From: an uncultured Clostridia bacterium
Lineage (GTDB): Bacteria; Bacillota_I; Bacilli_A; RF39; UBA660
Direction of reading: 5' to 3'
DNA length: 64,000 nt
Assembly: GCA_946619755.1 (NCBI GenBank)
Contig: CAMOMI010000001.1
Coordinates: forward strand, 33,441 to 97,440
Shown: one piece after another, positions 38,610 to 47,604 of the stretch
Layout of the letters: every line of letters starts with the position of its first letter
How positions within the stretch are numbered: the first letter of the stretch is position 1
The notes under the pieces: model-generated
What the model saw: the letters and a program-made list of their open reading frames with translations, nothing else
What the model was told of the DNA's origin: nothing
Databases searched by the model: none
Program-made: the position numbers and the translations under genes

Positions 38610-40295
38610 TTAACGACCGCCCATGCTTCCGCCGCCACCGAAGGATCCTCCTCCTCCGCCGCCGACAGAAAAGCCGCCACCGCCACCAGAGTAGTTTTCA
38701 GCTGCAGTTCTTGCTGCACTTGCTGCATGAACAGTTGATGTTGATATATTATTGATATAGACAAAAGTTCCATAATCAATATTATTTGCTTGCATTTCTT
38801 CAATAATTTCTGGGTATAAATTTTTAAATTGTTTAGCAACCTTATCAGCCATTCCAAAAAGATATGCAAACATCAAATATTCATCCCAAAGTTTTACTTC
38901 AATAGCCTCTTTATTCTTCATATCAGAAAACTCTTTTAAAAACAATTTAAGACCATATAATTCCTTACTATCATTATATATCATATCATCCATAACATTA
39001 ATTTTCTTACATTCTTCTTTTGTAGTACGACGATATATATGATGATTAGCCTTAAGTTCATCAATTTTAGTGTCGCCTATTCTCTTAAACAAACTCAAAA
39101 ACTTTTCATAATGCTTCTTAGCCCATTTTTCAAGTTCTTTTGACTCAAGTAAACCATCTTTACTAGCTTCATACATTATATCAAACAATTCTTTTTCAAG
39201 TGGCAAGTCAAACTGTGGATTTAAAGTTAAATTTATCACACTAGTTTCCTTATTAAATATTCCTGTTGTATCACTTGTAAAACTAATCTTTCCTTGTCTA
39301 ATCCATTTTAACAAAATAGCGCCAAAAATATTAGTCTCTTTGTAATCAAAATTATTTAAATTAATTAATGCATTGGCATAATAAATATCTTTTTTACAAG
39401 GTATATCTCTAAACATTGGAGTATTTTTCTTATCGATTGTCTTATTATCTTTATAACCATAACCATTCTTTATTGCAACAGAAATTGCTAACAAAATAAA
39501 ACCAACAGGTACAATAAATGTTAGTAATCCACCCAAGAAAGAAAGAATTTCTTGTAATTTAGTTTTTTTTGGTTGACCATAATTATAATCATATTCATAA
39601 GTATTATCTTGCGCTCTATTTAAAATGTCATCAAAATTGCTAAAATCACCATTATAATTATCAGTATTAAATGTTCCAACAGGGAACTTTGCAAGCAAAA
39701 CAACATAATCGTTATTTAAACTATACACATCACTATCAAGTTTTATTTTGCCACCTTCAACATATGCCAAATATTGTCCACCAAATCCCCATACATCTAA
39801 AGTATCAGGAAACTCATAAAAGCTACTTACTGTTACCGTAAAAGAATCAAGTGTCGCATTAGGTAATAACGTCTGATATAATACCTGTGCATCTTTCGTA
39901 TTAGTAATATAATTAGATAAAGTGTATTTTAATGTAAACGTATGTCTATCCATATCTCCTTTACCAAAACATAGTTCCATTCCTTCATCTACATAATTTA
40001 TTCCATAATAGCCACTTTTTTGACTTAGTGACTCATTAACATTCCAAGTTTTCTCCTTCATTAAAGAACCGTCCATTGATACTGTGTAGTTAGATATTTC
40101 TTGGTTACCTAAATTATATAATTGTTTATACCATTCACTACCACCTGATGCTTTCGCATCCCAGACTTCCGTAATATCTGCTGATCCATCTTTATTCAAA
40201 TAAATATCCATTTTAACATTATAGATATGATCTGCAAATACATATATTGGAGAAATAATAAATAATAAGATAAAAAATAATAATTTTCTTTTCAT
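38610..40295 (-). CDS. DUF2207-family membrane protein with Gly-rich C-terminal tail
   Basis: Signal peptide + extracellular domain, central TM (LLTFIVPVGFILLAISVAI), cytoplasmic domain ending GGGGGFSVGGGGGGSFGGGGSMGGR. Confidence 0.7.
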   Translation of the reverse strand: MKRKLLFFILLFIISPIYVFADHIYNVKMDIYLNKDGSADITEVWDAKASGGSEWYKQLYNLGNQEISNYTVSMDGSLMKEKTWNVNESLSQKSGYYGINYVDEGMELCFGKGDMDRHTFTLKYTLSNYITNTKDAQVLYQTLLPNATLDSFTVTVSSFYEFPDTLDVWGFGGQYLAYVEGGKIKLDSDVYSLNNDYVVLLAKFPVGTFNTDNYNGDFSNFDDILNRAQDNTYEYDYNYGQPKKTKLQEILSFLGGLLTFIVPVGFILLAISVAIKNGYGYKDNKTIDKKNTPMFRDIPCKKDIYYANALINLNNFDYKETNIFGAILLKWIRQGKISFTSDTTGIFNKETSVINLTLNPQFDLPLEKELFDIMYEASKDGLLESKELEKWAKKHYEKFLSLFKRIGDTKIDELKANHHIYRRTTKEECKKINVMDDMIYNDSKELYGLKLFLKEFSDMKNKEAIEVKLWDEYLMFAYLFGMADKVAKQFKNLYPEIIEEMQANNIDYGTFVYINNISTSTVHAASAARTAAENYSGGGGGFSVGGGGGGSFGGGGSMGGR

Positions 40296-40299
40296 AAAA

Positions 40300-40926
40300 T
40301 CATTCCTTTAACATTTTTCTTGCTTCTTTATATTTAGGATAATATTTACCTACCAGTGTCCAAAATCCTTCCTGATGATTATGATGTATAAAATGACTAA
40401 GTTCATGTACAATAACATAATCTAAGCATGTTATATCATATCGCGATAATTGATAATTTAAAGTAACATTATGATTCTTTATATTACATACTCCCCATCT
40501 ACTAGTCATCTTTCTAATTTTTAAGTTAGGATATGGTATTTTTTCTTCAAACTGATTATACCAATAATCAAGTCTATTACTATATATTTTTTTTATTTCA
40601 TTTAAAATATATTTATCTAATTTATCTTTATTTGGTGCATATATTTTATTTCCACTAATTTCTACTTGATTAAAACCATATATTACATCATAACATTTAC
40701 CAAAATAATAAAATTTCTCTTCCTTATCTTGTTTCTTCGTATCAGTATTAATCATCTTAATAATACTTTTTTTATTATCATTAATTAATTTTATAATACT
40801 GCTTTTACTAGCCAAATAATTAGTAGTTACAACAATCTTACCATTTTTAACTCTAATATAGGTATTACGATTATTTTTTTTTATTATTTCTACATCATAA
40901 ATATTATCATCTATTTCTATCTGCAT
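40300..40926 (-). CDS. YgjP/DUF45-family metal-dependent hydrolase (M48/WLM-like)
   Basis: VIVHELSHFIHHNHQEGFW (HExxH...H...FW box of the DUF45 family). Confidence 0.65.
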   Translation of the reverse strand: MQIEIDDNIYDVEIIKKNNRNTYIRVKNGKIVVTTNYLASKSSIIKLINDNKKSIIKMINTDTKKQDKEEKFYYFGKCYDVIYGFNQVEISGNKIYAPNKDKLDKYILNEIKKIYSNRLDYWYNQFEEKIPYPNLKIRKMTSRWGVCNIKNHNVTLNYQLSRYDITCLDYVIVHELSHFIHHNHQEGFWTLVGKYYPKYKEARKMLKE

Positions 40927-40959
40927 ACATTATCCCCCTAAAGAAAAAGAGTTTAAAGT

Positions 40960-41514
40960 CTAAAACTCTACTTTAGGTACTTCTTTTTCTTTTTCATCAA
41001 TCTTAAAGTATTCAAACTTATTAAAGCCAAACATATTAGCTATTATATTTGATGGAAACATTTGCACCAAATTATTAAAATTCATAGCTGAATCATTATA
41101 AAATTGTCTAGCATAAGTAATCTTATCTTCAGTATCTTTAAGATCATTTTGTAAAGATAAAAAGTTTTCATTGGCTTTAAGTTCAGGATAAGCTTCCGCT
41201 AAAGCAAATAACTTATTTAATGCTCCAGTAAGTTCATTATTTGCTTCAATTTTTTCATTTACGCTTCCTGCATTAACAGCTTTATTTCTAGCTTTGATAA
41301 CAGCAGTAAATGTGCCTTCTTCATGTTTTGCATATCCTTTAACTGTTTCAACTAGATTTGGTATCAAATCTGCTCTTCTTTTTAATTGAATATCTACTTG
41401 ACTAAATTGATTTTCTACTTTATTTCTAGCATTAACTAACTTATTATATATTGAAATAACATAGCAAACCAACACAAGTAATATACCAACGATAACAATA
41501 ATTACTGTACTCAT
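40960..41514 (-). CDS. lemA: LemA family protein
   Basis: N-terminal TM then LemA core (YNKLVNARNKVENQFSQVDIQLKRRADLIPNLV). Confidence 0.8.
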   Translation of the reverse strand: MSTVIIVIVGILLVLVCYVISIYNKLVNARNKVENQFSQVDIQLKRRADLIPNLVETVKGYAKHEEGTFTAVIKARNKAVNAGSVNEKIEANNELTGALNKLFALAEAYPELKANENFLSLQNDLKDTEDKITYARQFYNDSAMNFNNLVQMFPSNIIANMFGFNKFEYFKIDEKEKEVPKVEF

Positions 41515-41640
41515 AATTTATCCTCCTATCTAAATTATATCAAATTATATTTAAAAAGTCTATTATATTTTAAGAAATATATATAATTAATTATATGCAT
41601 ATTTTTTTTACTTTAGTAAACATTATAACTGGAGGATTAT

Positions 41641-41856
41641 ATGGAAAATATAGATATCAGAAAGTATATCATCAATAATTTTAAAGATGATAATGAAGAA
41701 AAAATTAGAGATTCAATCGAAACAACAATCAAATTTAAAGACGAAGACGCTTTAATTGGATTAGGAGTTTTATTTGAATTAGTTTGGGAAAAATCCAATG
41801 AAGTAGAAAAAAACAATTATATAAAAATAATTAGTGAATGTATCAAAAATAGTTAA
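41641..41856 (+). CDS. sspI: small acid-soluble spore protein SspI
   Basis: EDALIGLGVLFELVWEKSNEVEKNNYIKIISECIK aligns with B. subtilis SspI [36 protein letters not shown]; 71 aa; GGAGG RBS. Confidence 0.65.
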   Translation: MENIDIRKYIINNFKDDNEEKIRDSIETTIKFKDEDALIGLGVLFELVWEKSNEVEKNNYIKIISECIKNS

Positions 41857-41857
41857 A

Positions 41858-41886
41858 AACCTGTCAATATGACAGGTTATTTTTTT
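41858..41886. terminator. bidirectional terminator between sspI (+) and murE (-)
   Basis: aacctgtc-atat-gacaggtt hairpin followed by T7; A-run upstream. Confidence 0.55.
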
Positions 41887-43340
41887 AATTCATCTAATAT
41901 TTCTCTAATTACTACACGTTCATCAAACGGATATCTTTTTCCTTTTATTTCCTTGTAATCCTCATGTCCTTTACCAATAAGCATAATAATATCCCCTTTT
42001 TTACCATTTTCAATTGCATATTTAATAGCTGCTTTTCTATCAGAAATAATTGTGTATTCACAATTTGTCTTTTTAATACCAACCAAGATATCCTTAGCAA
42101 TATCTTCAAACTCTTCATAACGATTATTATCTTCAGTTATGATACAATAGTCTGAATATTTTCCAGCCATTTCCCCCATTTCGTATCTTCTATCTCTACT
42201 TCTATTACCACCACAACCAAAGATTGTTACTATTCTACCAGGATCATACTCTTTAATCGTACTAAGAATGCTCTCAGTACTAACACCATTATGAGCATAA
42301 TCAATCAGTAATGTAAAATCATCCGATACATGAACCGGTTCTACTCTTCCCTTAACATGAAAATTCGCCAAAGCTTTTTTAATATATTTATCATCTATAC
42401 CAATTAATTTACATGTAAGAATAGCAGCCATTGCATTATAAGAAGTAAATTTACCAGGACTACTTATTTTAAAAGTATCTTTTACTAATCCATCGGTAGT
42501 AAGTTCAATCCCAATAAAGCCTTTTTCTCTAAGTAATTTTAAATTTGTTGCTCTTAAATCTGCTCTTTCATCATATCCATAAGTATTGATATTGGCATCA
42601 CCACCACTTACCATATCATAAAAGTGCTGATCATCTAAATTAAATATTCCATGATTACATTGATTAAATAATTTAGCTTTACTCTTAATATAATCTTCCA
42701 TATCAGGATGTTCGTTTGCTCCAATATGATCTTGTGTTAAATTTGTAAACACTCCATAATCAAATATAATATCATTTACCCTATCATACTTTAAAGCCTG
42801 ACTTGATACCTCCATCACCATAAAATTCATTTTCTTTTTAACCATTTCATCCATATACTTAATGGTTTCATATGATTCTGGAGTTGTATTTTTAGCTGGA
42901 TACATCTTATCGTCAATATATACCCCAGTAGTACCTATTAAACCACATTTATATCCTGCTTCTTCAAGAATTCGTTTAATCATAAAACTAGTTGTTGTCT
43001 TTCCTTTTGTACCAGTAATCGCTATTGTTTTAAGTTTACTTTGAGGATACCTAAACAATCTCAATGATAACTTAGATAAAATCTTTCTCGTGTTATCAAC
43101 CTTAATAACTGTAACATTTCCCGATACGTCAATATTTTTTGATACAAGTACTACTTTTGCGCCATTTTTTATGGCATCATCAATAAAATCATGGCCATCT
43201 ACTTCTGCCCCAATAATAGCTACAAATAAATCACCATTTTTAGCTTTTCTAGAGTCATAAACAATATCATTTACTATTTCATCCATATCCCCTTTTAAAA
43301 GGGTATAATCTATTTCTTTAAATAATTCATTAAGTTTCAT
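41877..43340 (-). CDS. murE: UDP-N-acetylmuramoyl-L-alanyl-D-glutamate--diamino-acid ligase
   Basis: Mur ligase P-loop GTKGKTTTSFMI, MurE-type C-terminus; specificity box reads EDNNRYE (cf. DNPR for meso-DAP enzymes); start ATG 43340 with GGTGA RBS. Confidence 0.85.
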   Translation of the reverse strand: MKLNELFKEIDYTLLKGDMDEIVNDIVYDSRKAKNGDLFVAIIGAEVDGHDFIDDAIKNGAKVVLVSKNIDVSGNVTVIKVDNTRKILSKLSLRLFRYPQSKLKTIAITGTKGKTTTSFMIKRILEEAGYKCGLIGTTGVYIDDKMYPAKNTTPESYETIKYMDEMVKKKMNFMVMEVSSQALKYDRVNDIIFDYGVFTNLTQDHIGANEHPDMEDYIKSKAKLFNQCNHGIFNLDDQHFYDMVSGGDANINTYGYDERADLRATNLKLLREKGFIGIELTTDGLVKDTFKISSPGKFTSYNAMAAILTCKLIGIDDKYIKKALANFHVKGRVEPVHVSDDFTLLIDYAHNGVSTESILSTIKEYDPGRIVTIFGCGGNRSRDRRYEMGEMAGKYSDYCIITEDNNRYEEFEDIAKDILVGIKKTNCEYTIISDRKAAIKYAIENGKKGDIIMLIGKGHEDYKEIKGKRYPFDERVVIREILDELKK

Positions 43341-43360
43341 ACTTATCACCTATATTAATA

Positions 43361-44284
43361 TTATGCTTCTTCTGGTATTTCTACCTCTACTCCTTCAGCT
43401 GTTAATTCATCTTTGAATTTATCTTTAAAAACTATTAACTCTTTTCTAATAACGTCAGGATATACTGCTTTTGTATTCTTTATTGCTTCATATATATGTT
43501 TAAATTTAACTTCCAAACTATTATCAAATAAAGCAGCCGAATAAGCTTGTCTAAGTAAATTCAACGAAATATCCGGATACCTTGAAGATATTTCATATAC
43601 TCGCTTATATTCACTTGTCATATTGACAATAAATTTACAAATATTTTCTTTTATAAAATCTGTATAATTAAGTTTAACACCCGTCTGATATTCAATCTTA
43701 GGTATTGTTCTCATAAGAATTTGTACACACATTTCTTGTGTTGGTTCAGCTATATCAATTCGTTCAAATCTTCTCACAAATGCTTTATCTCTAAGTACAT
43801 ATCTCTCATATTCATCTACCGTTGTTGCCCCAATCAACTTAACCGTTCCTCTTCCTAATCCTTCTTTAAACATATTTGCTAAATCCATTGGGCCATTTGA
43901 TACACTTGCTCCCATAAGCATATGAATTTCATCGATAAATACTATTATTTTATCCCTATTTTTTATTTCATTCACAAGTTGCATTACTTTATTTTCTCCA
44001 TCCGTTACCCCTAGTAATGATGGCGTACTTATCTTATACACTTTATATCCCTTTAAAGCATTCGGCATATCATTGATTTGCATACGATAAGCAAGGCCTT
44101 CAACAATAGCCGTCTTACCAATACCTGGTTTACCAACCAAACAAGCAGACTTTTCTGGATTAAGTAAAACCATTACTAATTCTTTAATCTCATTATCTCT
44201 AGCAATTGCTGGATTAGTAATATATTTTTCTGCCGTTAAATCTTCGCCATATTTTTCTAAAAAACTCTCATTATTGTTCATCAT
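43361..44284 (-). CDS. stand-alone Clp/Hsp100 D1-type AAA+ ATPase module (no N-domain, no D2, no ClpP loop)
   Basis: ARDNEIKELVMVLLNPEKSACLVGKPGIGKTAIVEGLAYRM (Walker A), IVFIDEIHMLMGAS (Walker B), KLIGATTVDEYERYVLRDKAFVRRFERIDIAEP (sensor/Arg-finger region): collinear with ClpA/ClpC/ClpB D1; only 307 aa. Confidence 0.7.
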   Translation of the reverse strand: MMNNNESFLEKYGEDLTAEKYITNPAIARDNEIKELVMVLLNPEKSACLVGKPGIGKTAIVEGLAYRMQINDMPNALKGYKVYKISTPSLLGVTDGENKVMQLVNEIKNRDKIIVFIDEIHMLMGASVSNGPMDLANMFKEGLGRGTVKLIGATTVDEYERYVLRDKAFVRRFERIDIAEPTQEMCVQILMRTIPKIEYQTGVKLNYTDFIKENICKFIVNMTSEYKRVYEISSRYPDISLNLLRQAYSAALFDNSLEVKFKHIYEAIKNTKAVYPDVIRKELIVFKDKFKDELTAEGVEVEIPEEA

Positions 44285-44289
44285 ATCAC

Positions 44290-44451
44290 CTATTTTCTAG
44301 TTAATAAAATAATAGCTAAAACACTACTAACCGTAATTATTAAAGACAATAAATAAAGAAAATTAACATATCCATAAGATACTTCCTTTTTTTTAAAACG
44401 ATCAAATGGTAATTCTAAATTTTCAAGTTCTACTGGTAATTTATCTCTCAT
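44290..44451 (-). CDS. unannotated 53-aa tail-anchored membrane ORF translationally coupled between ylxM and the AAA+ gene
   Basis: ATG overlaps ylxM TGA stop (ATGA), GAGGAG SD 5 nt upstream; MRDKLPVELENLELPFDRFKKKEVSYGYVNFLYLLSLIITVSSVLAIILLTRK; stop 5 nt before AAA start. Confidence 0.4.
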   Translation of the reverse strand: MRDKLPVELENLELPFDRFKKKEVSYGYVNFLYLLSLIITVSSVLAIILLTRK

Positions 44452-44741
44452 AATAACTCCTCTAATTCCTTTTTTATTTCTTTATTATCTATTTTTTCAA
44501 TTATCTTCTTTAATTTCATATCTTTTTCATATAACTTAAGCTTATCTTCATACTCATATAATTTTGCTTGAACGCTTTTAATACTTTTATGTACTGCATT
44601 TCGGCTTTTATCTTCATTTTCACTTATTTCTGATAATGAATAATTATCAAAATAATATTCCTCAAAATATTGTCTCTGAACATCGGTCAACAATTCACTA
44701 TAATAGTCATACAAAATAACTAAATATTCTTGCTTTTCCAT
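44448..44741 (-). CDS. ylxM: YlxM/UPF0122 SRP-operon HTH protein
   Basis: YDYYSELLTDVQRQYFEEYYFDNYSLSEISENEDKSRNAVHKSIKSVQAKLYEYEDKL matches B. subtilis YlxM; start ATG 44741 overlapping upstream stop (TAATG). Confidence 0.7.
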   Translation of the reverse strand: MEKQEYLVILYDYYSELLTDVQRQYFEEYYFDNYSLSEISENEDKSRNAVHKSIKSVQAKLYEYEDKLKLYEKDMKLKKIIEKIDNKEIKKELEELL

Positions 44742-44986
44742 TAACTTAACCTCAAATATGTATAGCATAATGAAGCAACTATTAAAAGTACTCCAAATAT
44801 AAACAATGTATACATTAATCCTTTTTTCTTATCACCTAAATAATAGCAAATACTAAATAAGAATAATGATGTCATAAGCATACAAGATGAAATAAATGCT
44901 CTATTATAAAAGATTGATAATCCTAAAGTAATTAATGCCACAAGTAAAACAACTATACTAAAAATCTTAATTGTTTTCTTATCCAT
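44741..44986 (-). CDS. small 3-TM membrane protein between ftsY and ylxM
   Basis: 81 aa, three hydrophobic helices; 9-nt gap after ftsY; stop overlaps ylxM start. Confidence 0.45.
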   Translation of the reverse strand: MDKKTIKIFSIVVLLVALITLGLSIFYNRAFISSCMLMTSLFLFSICYYLGDKKKGLMYTLFIFGVLLIVASLCYTYLRLS

Positions 44987-44995
44987 AATTCCTCC

Positions 44996-45976
44996 TTATA
45001 AATCTTTAAATAATCCATAAATATATTTTTCTATATCAAAGGCTTCAATTTGATCTGCTCTTTCTCCTAATCCAACAAACTTAACCGGAATATTTACTTC
45101 TTCCTTAATTGCTAAAACAATTCCTCCTTTAGCTGTTCCATCTAATTTAGTTAAAACAATACCCGTAATATCCGTTATTTCTTTAAATGATTTAGCCTGA
45201 CTAATTCCATTTTGACCTGTTGTTGCATCAATTACTAAAAGTGTTTCATGTGGCGCATCAGGAATAATTTTTTTTATAACTCTATTTATTTTTGATAACT
45301 CTTCCATCAAATTTGTCTTATTCTGAAGTCTGCCTGCTGTATCTACCAATACCAGATCATACTTTTCTTTTGTTGCCATTTCCAAAGCATCATAGATAAC
45401 TGAAGATGGATCTTTAGACTCGCCACTGACAACCAACGTATCAGTTTTTTTGCCCCATTCTTCAAGTTGTTCTATTGCTCCAGCTCTAAAAGTATCACCA
45501 GCCACAAGCATTACTTTCTTACCCTTGTTCTTATAAATTGTTGCTAATTTCCCTATTGTAGTAGTCTTTCCAACACCATTGACACCAACAAACAACACAA
45601 CCGTAGGGCCATTACTTGCTATATGAATTTTACTATCTATTATATTATTACCAACATACATTATCAAAAGTTCATCGACAATAATTTCTTTTAATACACT
45701 GCTATCTGTTATCTTTTCATTCTTAACTCTATGTCTAAGTCTATCGACAAAATTCATAACAGTATTAATTCCAATATCAGCCATAATTAAAATATTTTCT
45801 AATTCTTCAAAATAATCTTCCGATATATTTTTATATTTCTTAGATAAATTACTTAATTGACTAACAAACTCTTCACGACTTTTCTTTAGTCCTTCATCAT
45901 AGTTTTTTACTTCTTCTTTTACTTCTTTTGTTGCCTTAGCACCAAAAACATTTTTAATCCTATCAAATAACCCCAT
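44996..45976 (-). CDS. ftsY: signal recognition particle receptor FtsY
   Basis: NG domain: GVNGVGKTTTIGKLA (G1), DTAGR (G3), TKLDG (G4). Confidence 0.9.
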   Translation of the reverse strand: MGLFDRIKNVFGAKATKEVKEEVKNYDEGLKKSREEFVSQLSNLSKKYKNISEDYFEELENILIMADIGINTVMNFVDRLRHRVKNEKITDSSVLKEIIVDELLIMYVGNNIIDSKIHIASNGPTVVLFVGVNGVGKTTTIGKLATIYKNKGKKVMLVAGDTFRAGAIEQLEEWGKKTDTLVVSGESKDPSSVIYDALEMATKEKYDLVLVDTAGRLQNKTNLMEELSKINRVIKKIIPDAPHETLLVIDATTGQNGISQAKSFKEITDITGIVLTKLDGTAKGGIVLAIKEEVNIPVKFVGLGERADQIEAFDIEKYIYGLFKDL

Positions 45977-45978
45977 AC

Positions 45979-47070
45979 CTAACCTCCATATTTATCTAAT
46001 ATATAATCACTTAATACTTCATAATTATTTTCAATATTACCAAGTACAATCTGTTCTTCAACATCTTTAATGATGTTCTTAATGTAATTACCAGGCTTCT
46101 TATTAAGTATATTAGCAACATCCATACCTTTTATCTTAATATCCTTTGATGAAGTTATTGGTAACTTCTTATATATATTACTTATCTTTTTATAACTAAT
46201 ACCTTTAATACTACCAACTACTTGTGATACATATAATCCATATTGATATACCGATAAACTAGTTATTTCTAAATTAAGCATATTTCTAATTTTATTTATA
46301 TTATCTTTTTCTATTTTCGAAAAAGGATAATCTAAATCAAATTCAATCTGGCTCCATAAACCAATAATATCATCACATAAAATAACTTTATCTAATTTTT
46401 TTATTCCTAAATATTTATCGAGACCTAAATCAATTATAAGCTTAATACCTTTAGCTTTATTCTTACTAGCAAATATCTTATCTAGTTCTTCTTTTTTTCT
46501 TGAATAAGATAAATATTTAAGTAATGAAGCATATTTTTTAATATAATACTTCGTTTTATCATCAATATCAAAATCAAGATAAGTTGCAAACCTAATTGCT
46601 CTAAGTATTCTAAGAGAATCTTCTTTCAATCTATACCTTGGATTACCTACTGTTCTAATGATTCTTTTATCTAAATCTTCTTTAGCGTTTAATAAATCAA
46701 GATAGTTTCCATTTTTATCAATACACATTGTATTAATTGTAAAATCTCTTCTAAGCAAATCTTTTTTTAATTCTCTAACATATTTAATCTTGATAGGTTT
46801 ACGATTTTTTTCATATTTGATATCTTTTCTATAAGTTGTTACATCAAACAAAACATTCTTAAATATTACTCTAACTGAACCATATTTAATATCATTTATA
46901 CCATCAGTATCAAATATTTCCATTATTTCTTTTGGCTTTGCATTTGTACATATATCGATATCATTCGTTTCTATCCCTAACATCTTGTCTCTCGGATATC
47001 CACCAACAATATATGCCTCATATCCATTTTTAGCAAACACATCAAGTACTAAGATAGCTTTATTATACAT
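45979..47070 (-). CDS. cca: CCA-adding tRNA nucleotidyltransferase
   Basis: Pol-beta head GGYPRDKMLG ... DIDI, followed by poly(A) polymerase-family body; start ATG 47070 after GGTGGGTGG. Confidence 0.8.
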   Translation of the reverse strand: MYNKAILVLDVFAKNGYEAYIVGGYPRDKMLGIETNDIDICTNAKPKEIMEIFDTDGINDIKYGSVRVIFKNVLFDVTTYRKDIKYEKNRKPIKIKYVRELKKDLLRRDFTINTMCIDKNGNYLDLLNAKEDLDKRIIRTVGNPRYRLKEDSLRILRAIRFATYLDFDIDDKTKYYIKKYASLLKYLSYSRKKEELDKIFASKNKAKGIKLIIDLGLDKYLGIKKLDKVILCDDIIGLWSQIEFDLDYPFSKIEKDNINKIRNMLNLEITSLSVYQYGLYVSQVVGSIKGISYKKISNIYKKLPITSSKDIKIKGMDVANILNKKPGNYIKNIIKDVEEQIVLGNIENNYEVLSDYILDKYGG

Positions 47071-47199
47071 CGAACCACCCACCATAATTATATCATATTA
47101 ATTACTTTTTTAATACTTTTATTCCATCTCTTTACATTATTATTTTTCTATGTATTTTTTCCATTTTTTAGTTAATACTACACTTGAAAGGATGATTAT

Positions 47200-47586
47200 A
47201 TGTTACCGAAAAGAAATTATTATTTAAATGACTATTTTGATATGTTTAATATGCCCATAAATAAAGAATATATGAAAACAGATATCTATGAAAAAGAAGG
47301 AAAATATTATTTAGAAATTGATCTCCCCGGAGTAAAAAAAGATAACATTAAAATTAATTATGAAAATGGTTATTTATCAATTAGTGCCGAAAAGAACAAC
47401 TTATCTTCAGGACCGAACACTTACGTCAGAAGAGAAAGATTTTATGGTGAAATTAAAAGAAGTTTTTATATTGGTATGAAAAAAGAAACAGACTTAAAAG
47501 CCAATTATATTAATGGTATTCTAACAATTACATTTCCTAAAGCCGACATTCCTAAAAAAGAAGCAAAAAATATAACTATTGCTTAA
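47200..47586 (+). CDS. Hsp20/alpha-crystallin small heat-shock protein
   Basis: alpha-crystallin domain (KEGKYYLEIDLPGVKKDNIKINYENGYLSISAEK ... GILTITFPK). Confidence 0.85.
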   Translation: MLPKRNYYLNDYFDMFNMPINKEYMKTDIYEKEGKYYLEIDLPGVKKDNIKINYENGYLSISAEKNNLSSGPNTYVRRERFYGEIKRSFYIGMKKETDLKANYINGILTITFPKADIPKKEAKNITIA

Positions 47587-47604
47587 ATAGTTATATTTTT
47601 TTAT

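Noticed and set aside
38507-38869. Overlapping ORFs on both strands across 38507-38869 (82 and 90 aa)
   Set aside because: Both are alternative-frame translations of the GC-rich poly-Gly tail of the DUF2207 gene, which is the coherent long ORF there.
41597-41627. Possible sigma-G promoter (GCATA-N19-CATTATA) upstream of sspI
   Set aside because: The spacer is 19 rather than 17-18. The predicted start would fall inside the GGAGG SD. Too weak to call as a feature.
41877-43340. MurE substrate specificity call from the EDNNRYE box (Lys versus meso-DAP)
   Set aside because: The motif is intermediate (DNNR vs DNPR/DNPA). It cannot be decided without alignment or structure, so it is left uncalled.
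47086-47199. Looked for CIRCE (TTAGCACTC-N9-GAGTGCTAA) or CtsR repeats upstream of hsp20
   Set aside because: No match by eye. hsp20 regulation here is unknown.
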